42,455 nt of DNA from Flavobacteriales bacterium (GCA_947472115.1 CANIZU010000001.1:1-42455), one strand, 5' to 3'. Shown: positions 17,015-25,694, counted from the first letter of the stretch. Notes: a model not told the origin generated them from the letters alone. Translations and numbers: made by a program.

Positions 17015-19819
17015 TTACTGCGCAATCGAAAAAAGTCGTTTTTGCTCTTCAGCGGTATAGGTTCGGCCCAGAAACGGGTGATTGGGTAGTTCTTGTATTT
17101 CTTTGATTATAAGTGCTTTGTAATGGCTTTGTTGTTTGAAATATTGGAGCAAATCGATGGCCGGAGAGGCCAAACGTGTGTTAAAACCAAGAATCGCATC
17201 AAAAAGGTTTTGTGTAAGTTCTGGTGTTAAAACATTGAGGCGTTTCAGAGCGGCCATCGCATTGGTTCGGGTTCTGAATTCATAGTACGGTCCGGTCATG
17301 GAAATCAGACTGTTTAAGAAAATTTGAGGCTCATTTTCGGTTCGTTTTCCATGAAGAGAAACTTCTTGTTTTTTCTGTTGTTCCAGCGCGTCGGTGTAAG
17401 CAAGTTCAAAATACTTCACCGTCAGGTTGTGGAGATAACCGGTTTCGTCTTTGATGGCTTCCAGGATATCGCGGTGACTGATGAATGCGGGTTGATATTG
17501 TGTTGAAGCCACAATTTCGGTTGATCCCTTAGCATCCAACTGAGCAGTTGACATCTGTGGCAAATTCCAGAGGCGATTTACAACCAATTCGATTGTGGTG
17601 TAACTGGAATCCTTTAGTCCTTCCAAGAAAATTTCTTTAAAATTTGGCTCCAATGGTAAGCGTTCGAACAAAACTTTCCTTACCGAAGATTGTCCGCTAT
17701 TTGCGAATTTTTGCAATACGATGGCATTTTGGTTCGCAGTATTTTCAGGTGTGCCAAACGTTTGTTCGCCCTGGTTATATTTTACATTGGATGTCGTCGC
17801 AAATACGCCGGGCAGACTCAACCATTGTGTGGCAATTTCGACCTGCATCTCGCGGAATTTTTCTCGATTCCATGCCTGTTCTAGAACTGTTTTGAAGTCG
17901 ATCGATCCGTTAGTTCTTGTCTGATCAGAAGATCCGCCTAGGCCAGCATGTGCAACTGTTCCGCTATGAATAGCAACGGTTCCGCGCAAAGCCACCAAAG
18001 CATCGTAGCGGTCTAACATACTGCTACCATGTTCCATTTGAAAATGCCATTCGGCAGGGCTTTTTTGCATTTCAAGGGTTTTCAAAATCCGACTGCCTGC
18101 ATCAAATACCACAGTCAAAGGCGCTTTTTGGGTTTTGAAATGGAAGGTGTGTTGCGATTTTTCTACCCAAACGGTGCGTTTTTCACTGCTGCCATCGAAA
18201 TAGAGAAATTCAATGTCAACCGGCATGCGGAAAAGCCCAACCACGATATCTTGATTTTGGGTTTGTTTGACGTTGATTTCAACATCGTATTGGCCCTGGG
18301 GGAAGAAATCATCCCCATTGGCGGAATTGTTTTTGCCTAAGTCTGCGTGCACATTCCAATTCACCGCATAAATGGGTTCGCCCCCGCGATGAATCCACTG
18401 GTCGAAGAACCAATCCATATTGATACCCGTTGCATCGATGATTGCCTTTTGCAAGTCCCATGTTTCCACCGTTTGCAGTCCATGCCGCGACAAATACAAG
18501 TTGATGCTTTTGCGATAGTTTTCTTCGCCGAGTACATGCTGCAACATATATAATACACTAGCTCCTTTTGGGTAATGCCTCGAAGAACCCGCCGCACTAT
18601 GTCGTACCGGCAATGAATTCGCCTTCCCCGCTGCAATCGCGCCGCGCATCTGATCTCTGAAATACCAAGATTTTTCGTCGTTGCCGTAAATGCTGCCCAA
18701 AAACAGACCAGGGTAAAACGTTGCGAAGCTCTCTTGCAACCATTGTTCGCCATCGTGACGGCCGGTGATATAGTCGCCAAACCACTGATGCGTGGCCTCG
18801 TGCGCGTTCACTGTAATGTAATTTCGCTCTTGATAACTGCGCTTATCGACCCAGAAAAAGTCGCCAAAAGTGGTGGCCGAAGTGTTTTCCATCGCGCCGA
18901 ACATAAAATCCTGAATCATGACCTGCGAATAGGTGATCCAAGGGTATTTGATGCCGGTTTCGTTCGACAGGAAGTCGATGATTTGTTCGCTGTACCGCGC
19001 GGTGGGTTCGATTCTCTCGGGGTGTTCGGGGTAGTGCCAAAATTGCATGGGCGTGCCGGCCGGACTCAAGGATTTTTTCACACCGTAATCGCCGATGGCT
19101 AGCATTAATAGGTATCCCGAGTGGGGATTGTTCAATTTGTAATGCCAATTGTTGTTGGTCGAGGTTTTCGTTTTCGACAGCAACGTTCCATTCGATAATA
19201 CTTGGTATTTCGCGTCGAAGGTAATCACGGTTTCAGTCACAAATTTATCGCTGCGATCATCGATCATCGGAATCCAATAGCGGTTGTCGACGCCCTGCCC
19301 TTGGGTCCAAATTTGGCGGTGGGTCATTTCGTCTGGACTACTGATTTCTCCTAGGTTCCATCCAATAAAATAGATGCCTTTGGTTGGTTTGGCGATATAT
19401 TCAAAGGTGATTTTATGCTGCATCGATGCGCCATGATTCTGCACATGCATGGGTTGGTAGGGTTCTGATTTTAGGTCTGGGTAAACGACCACACCGGTGG
19501 GGATGATTTTGAACGGGAGCGTTTTGCCATCCATCGAGGCATTTAATATGTTGATGCCGGGCGCATCGAAGAAGATTGTGTCAATCACGCGTTGCAGGGG
19601 CTCAAACGTATGGGTGACCTTGCCGAAGACGGTTTTCTTGGGGGCGTCGAACGAAACTTCCAATTTCATGTGCAGTACATCGATGTTGCGATTGCGCTCA
19701 TGTCCGCCCGGATCCACATGATAGGCTTGCGTCTCGGGGAATTGGGCTTTGAGTATGGACGCCGTGAAAAACAATATGGCGAGAAGGGGTAGGTATTTCC
19801 AAGTGATGGCGGTGTTCAT
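17015..19819 (-). CDS. M1-family zinc aminopeptidase (aminopeptidase N-like) with a helical C-terminal extension
   Basis: GAMEN motif (FGAMENTS), HEATHQWFGD zinc motif with the downstream E in WLQESFA, and a signal peptide. Confidence 0.9.
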   Translation of the reverse strand: MNTAITWKYLPLLAILFFTASILKAQFPETQAYHVDPGGHERNRNIDVLHMKLEVSFDAPKKTVFGKVTHTFEPLQRVIDTIFFDAPGINILNASMDGKTLPFKIIPTGVVVYPDLKSEPYQPMHVQNHGASMQHKITFEYIAKPTKGIYFIGWNLGEISSPDEMTHRQIWTQGQGVDNRYWIPMIDDRSDKFVTETVITFDAKYQVLSNGTLLSKTKTSTNNNWHYKLNNPHSGYLLMLAIGDYGVKKSLSPAGTPMQFWHYPEHPERIEPTARYSEQIIDFLSNETGIKYPWITYSQVMIQDFMFGAMENTSATTFGDFFWVDKRSYQERNYITVNAHEATHQWFGDYITGRHDGEQWLQESFATFYPGLFLGSIYGNDEKSWYFRDQMRGAIAAGKANSLPVRHSAAGSSRHYPKGASVLYMLQHVLGEENYRKSINLYLSRHGLQTVETWDLQKAIIDATGINMDWFFDQWIHRGGEPIYAVNWNVHADLGKNNSANGDDFFPQGQYDVEINVKQTQNQDIVVGLFRMPVDIEFLYFDGSSEKRTVWVEKSQHTFHFKTQKAPLTVVFDAGSRILKTLEMQKSPAEWHFQMEHGSSMLDRYDALVALRGTVAIHSGTVAHAGLGGSSDQTRTNGSIDFKTVLEQAWNREKFREMQVEIATQWLSLPGVFATTSNVKYNQGEQTFGTPENTANQNAIVLQKFANSGQSSVRKVLFERLPLEPNFKEIFLEGLKDSSYTTIELVVNRLWNLPQMSTAQLDAKGSTEIVASTQYQPAFISHRDILEAIKDETGYLHNLTVKYFELAYTDALEQQKKQEVSLHGKRTENEPQIFLNSLISMTGPYYEFRTRTNAMAALKRLNVLTPELTQNLFDAILGFNTRLASPAIDLLQYFKQQSHYKALIIKEIQELPNHPFLGRTYTAEEQKRLFSIAQ

Positions 19820-19954
19820 TTTGATTGAAATGGATTTTGAGTAAGGGTGTTAAATGAGTAAAAAAACGTTCAGCGAATATAGTACTGACGGGTCGTGAGA
19901 AAAATTCATTGGCATTTTTTACAAATGATACTTGCCTAATGGCAAAATTCGCCT

Positions 19955-19962
19955 TATTTTTG
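19955..19962 (+). promoter_or_regulatory. Candidate -7 box TATTTTTG for tRNA-Asp
   Basis: Exact TAnnTTTG match with a TTG at 19932-19934 (20-nt spacer), about 70 nt upstream of the tRNA. Confidence 0.35.
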
Positions 19963-20034
19963 CAGTCCTTTTAAGAATCACAGACGCGAAAGTTGGTAAA
20001 CAACTACTAGTATCAAAGAAGAAAATTAGGAAAC

Positions 20035-20108
20035 GGATTGGTAGTTCAGCTGGTTAGAATGCCGCCCTGTCACGGCGGAGGTCGCGGGTTCGAGTCCCGT
20101 CCAGTCCG
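20035..20108 (+). tRNA. tRNA-Asp (anticodon GTC)
   Basis: I folded the cloverleaf by hand. Acceptor GGATTGG/CCAGTCC, D-arm GTTC..GAAT, anticodon stem CCGCC/GGCGG with loop CTGTCAC, variable AGGTC, T-arm GCGGG/TTCGAGT/CCCGT, discriminator G. CCA is not encoded. Confidence 0.95.
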
Positions 20109-20122
20109 CAAAATTAACACCT

Positions 20123-20149
20123 AACCCCTTGATTATCAAGGGGTTTTTT
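20123..20149 (+). terminator. Rho-independent terminator after tRNA-Asp
   Basis: AACCCCTTGA pairs with TCAAGGGGTT around a short loop and is followed by a T-run (GGGGTTTTTT). Confidence 0.75.
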
Positions 20150-20154
20150 ATTTT

Positions 20155-20178
20155 AAGGACAACATTAAGGACAACATT
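20155..20178. repeat. Perfect tandem duplication AAGGACAACATT x2 (12-bp period)
   Basis: 20155-20166 and 20167-20178 are identical, read directly. Confidence 0.95.
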
Positions 20179-20284
20179 TTTGGGTTGTTTTGGCTGTTTT
20201 TGTTCTGAATTTCATCGCTTCATACAATTGTTGAAATATTTTTTTTGATGCGACGGGGAACCAGTAATAGTTTAGAATTGTGCG

Positions 20285-20309
20285 TTAATCACTAAGTTGA
20301 TTAACTTAG
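20285..20309. promoter_or_regulatory. Two interleaved 7-bp inverted repeats just upstream of the orphan ORF
   Basis: TTAATCA (20285-20291) pairs with TGATTAA (20298-20304). CTAAGTT (20292-20298) pairs with AACTTAG (20303-20309). The element ends 5 nt before the ATG at 20315. Confidence 0.4.
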
Positions 20310-20314
20310 CTTGT

Positions 20315-20677
20315 ATGAAAACCTCATCATTACAACAACAGAGAAACATTTTAAAACTCCTATCCTGTTTTGAAAGACACCTCAAGGGTTATGATGAGTA
20401 TTTCAACAACGACTATTATCAGATGAGTTATATCGTTCACCGATGTCCTTTCAGTGGCGACTATACAATTGAAGTAACAATGACCATTTGGAACAAAAAA
20501 TACTTCTTTGACAGAATTGAAACGACATATCAGTTTCTGTCATCATTAAAAACATTCTGCGCCATTTTCTCAATGCAACAGGTTAAAATCGTTCGACAAT
20601 TGAAAAAACCTATCAATCACACCGTGAATCTTGAAGAAAGGATTGGCTATGGCATTTATGAAAAAACCATCAATTGA
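20315..20677 (+). CDS. Orphan hypothetical protein, 120 aa
   Basis: ORF in AT-rich DNA. The ATG at 20315 is supported because a truncated paralogue (21077-21178) aligns from its own ATG (MK..N..LSCFE.H.KGY at the same codon positions). No family recognised. Confidence 0.5.
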   Translation: MKTSSLQQQRNILKLLSCFERHLKGYDEYFNNDYYQMSYIVHRCPFSGDYTIEVTMTIWNKKYFFDRIETTYQFLSSLKTFCAIFSMQQVKIVRQLKKPINHTVNLEERIGYGIYEKTIN

Positions 20678-21076
20678 GGTTTTTCAACTTGAGTATAGAT
20701 AAAAGGTTTACTAATGTCAAGTGAGCGTTATTCTTTGAACAAGGATAATGGTATTGAAATCGGCCTACTTATGATTAGATGTAAAACCCATCACGTAAGT
20801 CATACCTCCTTGAAATGGTCTTGAAGTCGGGTTGTATGAGTAATCCATAGAGATGAAAAGAGTTGTCCCCGATAATCCTTGAAAACTGGATTTGTATAAA
20901 ACCAAGAGAAGGAGTTCAACAACAGCTTGGTGGAAATCAAATTTTAAATTTTGGTGGAGCAATGGGGGTTTGCTGTGCTTAAATGAAACTTGTGAGTTAA
21001 ATGAAAAAAACACTTCAATGAGGCGTTGGAAATTAATAAAATATGCCTAAAAACTTTGTTTTTTAACTTTAAATTG

Positions 21077-21178
21077 ATGAAACAAGAATTGGCAGAAAAG
21101 TATGAAAATCTAGTTAGATTCTTATCCTGTTTTGAAAGTCACTTCAAGGGATATGGTGACGATTTCTACACAAAATAG
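21077..21178 (+). pseudogene. Nonsense-truncated paralogue of the 20315-20677 ORF
   Basis: 33 codons then TAG. Codons 15-32 (21119-21172) match 20357-20410 at 43 of 54 nt. Weak similarity (K/Q-M-S) continues in frame just past the stop. Confidence 0.55.
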
Positions 21179-21237
21179 AAAATGAGTACCCATTTACGAT
21201 TAAAGAAGTAAATTGCAATATTATTGGAATAATCGGA

Positions 21238-21298
21238 CAAATTGACCCCTCTCCGTCGGACTCAAATTGACCCCTAAAGTGAAGAGGGGGTCAATTTG
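21238..21298. repeat. CAAATTGACCCCT in two direct copies plus one inverted copy, forming a 12-bp-stem hairpin across the trmB stop codon
   Basis: Direct copies at 21238-21250 and 21263-21275, each preceded by TCGGAC. The inverted copy GGGGTCAATTTG is at 21287-21298. Confidence 0.9.
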
Positions 21299-21960
21299 GT
21301 TTTTGGTGGCTCAATGCTTTCGCAATCGCCTAAGGTGAATTGACAGTATTTGATGGTTCTACCCATGCCCAACCACATCCTTTCGTAATACGTTTGGATT
21401 TGCAAAATCAGCGGGACAGGGTCTAAAGCGTAGACATCATCATAACAAATCGACAAATTTAAATTGTCTCGCTTGATTTGTTCTAAAGTGCTTTCGAAGA
21501 AAAGCTCACTGTCTGTTTTTACATTGATCAAAGCACTTGCCGGTGCAATCTGTCTGTATAGATTTAAAAACTTAAAACTGCTCAGTCTTTTTCTTTCCTT
21601 TTGAGGCTGTGGATCTGCGAAAGTGATCCAAATTTCTGATACTTCATTGGGTCCAAAATAATCGATAATCGAATCTATGGGAATCCTCAGAAATCGCACA
21701 TTGGAAATAGATTCCACAATTGCCGTTTTGGCACCTGTCCACATCCGATTGCTTTTGATGTCGATGCCTATATAATTAATTTCCGGATTTAGCCTCGCCA
21801 AGCCAATGGTGTAATCACCTTTACCGCAGGCGAGTTCAACAACAATAGGATTGGCGTTTCCGAAAATTTCAGACCAACGCCCTTTGGTTTTATCGCTAGC
21901 GTCTAAGGTGTTTTCAAACGAATTGTATTCGGCAAATTTGATGAGTTTCGGTTTGCTCAT
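21274..21960 (-). CDS. trmB: tRNA (guanine46-N7)-methyltransferase TrmB
   Basis: SAM-binding VELACGKGDYT, NVRFLR, and ITFADPQPQKERKRL (the FPDPW-K-RH-like motif). ATG at 21960 preferred over the TTG at 21969. Confidence 0.85.
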   Translation of the reverse strand: MSKPKLIKFAEYNSFENTLDASDKTKGRWSEIFGNANPIVVELACGKGDYTIGLARLNPEINYIGIDIKSNRMWTGAKTAIVESISNVRFLRIPIDSIIDYFGPNEVSEIWITFADPQPQKERKRLSSFKFLNLYRQIAPASALINVKTDSELFFESTLEQIKRDNLNLSICYDDVYALDPVPLILQIQTYYERMWLGMGRTIKYCQFTLGDCESIEPPKTKLTPSSL

Positions 21961-21966
21961 TGTTTG

Positions 21967-21974
21967 CAAAGGTA
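21967..21974 (-). promoter_or_regulatory. Candidate -7 box TACCTTTG for trmB
   Basis: The plus strand reads CAAAGGTA, 6 nt upstream of the ATG at 21960. Confidence 0.35.
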
Positions 21975-22085
21975 CTGTTCAATTCAAGAATCTCTTATTC
22001 CGTGCAGTTTGTTTTTTGGCGATGCTTACATTTTCGAATCGATAAAATTACCGGATGGACATAGAGCGCACAAATTGAAAGAAGT

Positions 22086-22093
22086 TAACTTTG
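22086..22093 (+). promoter_or_regulatory. Candidate -7 box TAACTTTG for aat
   Basis: Exact TAnnTTTG match ending 4 nt before the GTG at 22098. Confidence 0.35.
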
Positions 22094-22097
22094 TAAA

Positions 22098-22673
22098 GTG
22101 ATTTCAGTTGAATTATTGGTGCAAGCCTATCTGTCGGGTTCCTTTCCAATGGCTGATCCAGATGAGGGTGATCAAATTTATTGGCATACGCCGGAAACGA
22201 GAGGGTTGATTCCTTTGGACGATACTTTTAAAGTGCCAAAAAATTTGATGCGTTTGTATAGGAAGGAGAAATTCGAGCTCACGATCAACAGGGCATTTCC
22301 AGAGGTTATCGAACAGTGTTCTTTGTTGAGACAGGGCGACACCTGGATTTCTGAGGAGATTATAGCTGTGTATACAGAGATGCACAAACTTGGGTTGGCA
22401 CATAGTTTTGAGGTTTGGCTCGATGGGGCGTTGGTTGGCGGTTTATATGGTGTGGCAATTGGCAAAGCCTTTTTTGGTGAAAGTATGTTTCACAAGGTCA
22501 CTGATGCTAGTAAGATTGCCTTGGTGTTTTTGGTTGAGTTTCTCAAAGAACAAAATTTTCAACTCCTCGATTGTCAATATCTTAATCCCCATTTGTTGCA
22601 ATTTGGCGCCTATGAAGTAACTCAGGAAGAATTCTTATCACGGTTACAGGAGATAATTCATGGTATTTCCTAA
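22098..22673 (+). CDS. aat: Leucyl/phenylalanyl-tRNA--protein transferase
   Basis: LLVQAYLSGSFPMA, IYWHTPETRGLIPLD and GGLYGVAIGKAFFGESMF are typical Aat motifs. A GTG start is required to include the conserved N-terminal segment. Confidence 0.85.
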   Translation: MISVELLVQAYLSGSFPMADPDEGDQIYWHTPETRGLIPLDDTFKVPKNLMRLYRKEKFELTINRAFPEVIEQCSLLRQGDTWISEEIIAVYTEMHKLGLAHSFEVWLDGALVGGLYGVAIGKAFFGESMFHKVTDASKIALVFLVEFLKEQNFQLLDCQYLNPHLLQFGAYEVTQEEFLSRLQEIIHGIS

Positions 22674-22735
22674 TCGGAGTATTTTAGATGATTCAAATAG
22701 GATGAAATATCCGAGAAATACACCAATTTTGCGGA

Positions 22736-23545
22736 GTGCGCATTAATCATTCAATTCAAGGGGTAGAGGGTTGGGCAGACCTGCTTTGTCCAATCGATAT
22801 TTCTTTGTCGATGGGTCCAGACGGCGACAATCCAAGGGCATTTTTTATTGACCCTGCGAAATTTGATGCCATCAGAGTGGGTGATTTTGTTGGTCGCGTC
22901 GCCGAAGGTGGATCGGCAAACTGCGAGATTCTAACGCTTTGTGCTCATGGGAATGTAACGCATACAGAATGTGTAGGACACATTACAGAAGAGCGAATTG
23001 TAATGCCAGATGTATTGAAACAATTTTGGTTTTCAGCACAATTGGTTTCCATTGATATCTCTTCCACGGGTCGGGTTAGTTTGGCAGATATTCAATCCTT
23101 ACAAATTGGTGGAATAGATGCGGTCATATTTAGGAGTCTCCCCAATAGAAATGAAAAAAAATGCATGGATTGGAGCGGTAATTCGGCGCCATATTTTGAG
23201 CCCGATGCGTTGGCCTACTTGCGCGATTTAGGGGTCGTTCATTTGCTCACCGATTTTCCTAGCGTGGATCCGGAAGAGGACGAGGGACGGTTGGCTGCAC
23301 ATCATGAATGGTGGGGATTGCCCCAGAGAAGTGAAGCTGGGAATACGCTGGCATTAAGCCAAGGCCATTCACGATTTTCATCAACCATTACGGAGTTGAT
23401 ATTTGTGCCTGATTTGGTTGCGGATGGGATTTATATGTTGAATTTTCAGGTGCCAAACCTTAGAACAGATGCTGTCCCTTCTCGGCCTGTCATCTATAAA
23501 TGGAATGCCTTGGTTCACACAATTCCTAATGCAAAAATCAGTTAA
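22736..23545 (+). CDS. Divergent putative cyclase / arylformamidase-family protein
   Basis: HGNVTHTECVGH resembles the HxGTHxDxPxH metal motif but has one extra residue and E in place of D. TDFPSVDP and AAHHEWW follow in the expected order. GTG start. Confidence 0.5.
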   Translation: MRINHSIQGVEGWADLLCPIDISLSMGPDGDNPRAFFIDPAKFDAIRVGDFVGRVAEGGSANCEILTLCAHGNVTHTECVGHITEERIVMPDVLKQFWFSAQLVSIDISSTGRVSLADIQSLQIGGIDAVIFRSLPNRNEKKCMDWSGNSAPYFEPDALAYLRDLGVVHLLTDFPSVDPEEDEGRLAAHHEWWGLPQRSEAGNTLALSQGHSRFSSTITELIFVPDLVADGIYMLNFQVPNLRTDAVPSRPVIYKWNALVHTIPNAKIS

Positions 23546-23556
23546 CGATTTTGTCT

Positions 23557-24678
23557 ATGGGTGAAAAATGGCTCTATTTCATAAATATTTTGGTTTCTCG
23601 ATTCATCAATGCAGGGAAACCCAATTTAGGAGCGTTTTCCAATAGTTCGGAAAAAGTTCGTAGTATCATCGTTGTAAAATGGGACGAAATTGGCGATATG
23701 CTAACGGCTGTACACGTTTTTGAATTGTTAAAGCAAAATTATCCCGGCGTTGAAATTACCGTTTTATGTAAACCCTTTGTTTCCTCTTTAATCCAAACCG
23801 ACCCCAACGTAGATGTTATTATCAATGATGTTGAGAAGTGGACAAAAAGATATGATTTGGTCGTTGAATTGCGAGGTACATGGAAGTCGGTATGGAAATC
23901 TTTGGGATGGAAAACAATACCCAAATATAGAGTGGACAGGGGCTGGGTTCGATTTCAACAACGAGGCAAACAGCCGCATGAGACCATTACCAATTACCGG
24001 ATTATCGAACCATTGCTGCCACACATGGCGGGAGAAAAAAAAGTTGAGGACTTGTCAGATTTTGTAATTAAGCCCAAGTTGTATCCGAGCGCCAACGATA
24101 TTGTTCTTGCACAGGATTGGGTTGAATGGGCCTTGAATGATGATTTGGGTCTAACGGACAATGTAAGTGGTATTGCTGTTTTGCATACCGGTGCACGCAG
24201 TAATTTAAGAAGATGGTCGCCCAATCGTTTCGCAGAATTGTCAAAATGGTTGCTCGATGAAAAGAAATTAATGCCGGTTTGGGTGGGCACCAAGGAGGAG
24301 GAAGAACAAATCCTTGCCTCCATTGCATTGGGTGGCGCAGGTAAGGTTTGGATTTCGGGCGAAACCAGTCCCGCTTCTAATTCTTTATTGGCATTTTATG
24401 CATTCATAGAGCGGAGTGCCCTATATGTGGGTAATGAAAGTGGGCCTTTACAAATGGCGGACATCGCGGAGATCCCCACGGTGGGAATTTTCGGACCCGG
24501 TGTTGTCAATGTGTTTTATCCCAAATCATCAAAGAGTCTCGTATTTCATGAAGTTCTGTCATGCAATCCCTGCGATCAGAAAGTTTGTATTCAGCCCAAT
24601 GATCGATGCGTAGACAGAATAGCGGTATCTCAGGTGAAACTTGGAATTAATAAACTACTTGGGTTATTAAACGTATAA
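23557..24678 (+). CDS. Glycosyltransferase family 9 (heptosyltransferase-like)
   Basis: LHTGARSNLRRWSPNRFAELSKWL and VGNESGPLQMADIAEIPTVGIFGP are typical of GT9. ATG at 23557 (a TTG at 23551 is also possible). Confidence 0.8.
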   Translation: MGEKWLYFINILVSRFINAGKPNLGAFSNSSEKVRSIIVVKWDEIGDMLTAVHVFELLKQNYPGVEITVLCKPFVSSLIQTDPNVDVIINDVEKWTKRYDLVVELRGTWKSVWKSLGWKTIPKYRVDRGWVRFQQRGKQPHETITNYRIIEPLLPHMAGEKKVEDLSDFVIKPKLYPSANDIVLAQDWVEWALNDDLGLTDNVSGIAVLHTGARSNLRRWSPNRFAELSKWLLDEKKLMPVWVGTKEEEEQILASIALGGAGKVWISGETSPASNSLLAFYAFIERSALYVGNESGPLQMADIAEIPTVGIFGPGVVNVFYPKSSKSLVFHEVLSCNPCDQKVCIQPNDRCVDRIAVSQVKLGINKLLGLLNV

Positions 24679-24764
24679 TTTCCACAAATTCAACGTGTTG
24701 ATTTTGTAATCGCATTGTTCAAGAAGTATATTCGAGAGTTGTTAGAAAATCATCAAACCAATCC

Positions 24765-25694
24765 ATGAGAAAAGCTTTTGAGGTTACGGTATTAGGGACT
24801 TCGTCGGCTACCCCTACCAAGTATCGGCATCCGAGTTCTCATTATGTGAGGTTGGAGGGCAGTTACCTGCTTTTGGATTGCGGTGAAGGGGCTCAACGAC
24901 AGCTAGCGCGTTACGGCTTGAGAACACAAAGGATTTCACATGTATTTATTACGCATTTACATGGTGATCATTATTTTGGATTGCCCGGATTAATTACTTC
25001 GATGGCCTTATTCGGACGAACGGAGCCACTTGTTATTGTTGGTCCGGCGGCATTACAGAGCATTATGCAGGTGCTGTTGCTGGAAAGTGATTCCATATTG
25101 CCTTATCCCTTAAAGTTTGTTAGTACGCAATTCGACCATATGGAAACGGTTGCCATTGGCGACAATTTCGAGGTGATTTCGGTTCCATTAAAGCATCGTG
25201 TGCCCTGCACTGGTTTTATCATCAAAGAAAAAGGACCGGAACGAAGATTAGATGTAGATGCCTGTGTGAAATATAAAGTTCCAATAGAGCAGTATGATGC
25301 CATCAAGTTGGGCGCAGATTATATTTCTAGCAGTCAAGGTGAAATTAAAAATGAACTCCTTACAACAGATGGAGTTAAAAATCGATCCTATGCCTATATC
25401 ACAGACACAATCTATGATCCGGAATATTTAACACCAATTTTGCAGCATGTAGATTTGTTATATCATGAGGCTACGTTTTTAACGGATCGCTTATCAAGGG
25501 CAATTGAAACCTACCACAGTACTGCTTTGCAAGCGGCTCAAATTGCCAAAAATTCAAATGTAGGTCAATTGTTGATCGGACATTTTAGTGCACGATACAA
25601 TGATGCACAACCTTTGTTGCTAGAAGCTAGGGATGAGTTTGCATCAACCTTCGAAGCCGTGGAAGGTCAAACTTTTTCGGTAGGAGGACAATAA
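24765..25694 (+). CDS. rnz: Ribonuclease Z
   Basis: Metallo-beta-lactamase motif ITHLHGDHYFGLPGL, N-terminal VLGTSSATPT, C-terminal IGHFSARY. Confidence 0.9.
   Translation: MRKAFEVTVLGTSSATPTKYRHPSSHYVRLEGSYLLLDCGEGAQRQLARYGLRTQRISHVFITHLHGDHYFGLPGLITSMALFGRTEPLVIVGPAALQSIMQVLLLESDSILPYPLKFVSTQFDHMETVAIGDNFEVISVPLKHRVPCTGFIIKEKGPERRLDVDACVKYKVPIEQYDAIKLGADYISSSQGEIKNELLTTDGVKNRSYAYITDTIYDPEYLTPILQHVDLLYHEATFLTDRLSRAIETYHSTALQAAQIAKNSNVGQLLIGHFSARYNDAQPLLLEARDEFASTFEAVEGQTFSVGGQ

Noticed and set aside
20765-21013. An 82-aa minus-strand ORF in the islet
   Set aside because: It has a GTG start, no motif, and lies in DNA where all frames are otherwise broken. It is probably a chance ORF in a decayed region.
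20109-21300. A direct repeat of the tRNA-Asp 3' end (an attR) bounding the islet
   Set aside because: I found no copy of 10 nt or more of the tRNA 3' segment (GGTTCGAGTCCCGTCCAGTCCG) downstream. CCGTCGGACTC at 21253-21263 shares only CCGTC. Only the short GGAC..ATT-type repeats remain, and I reported those as weak evidence.
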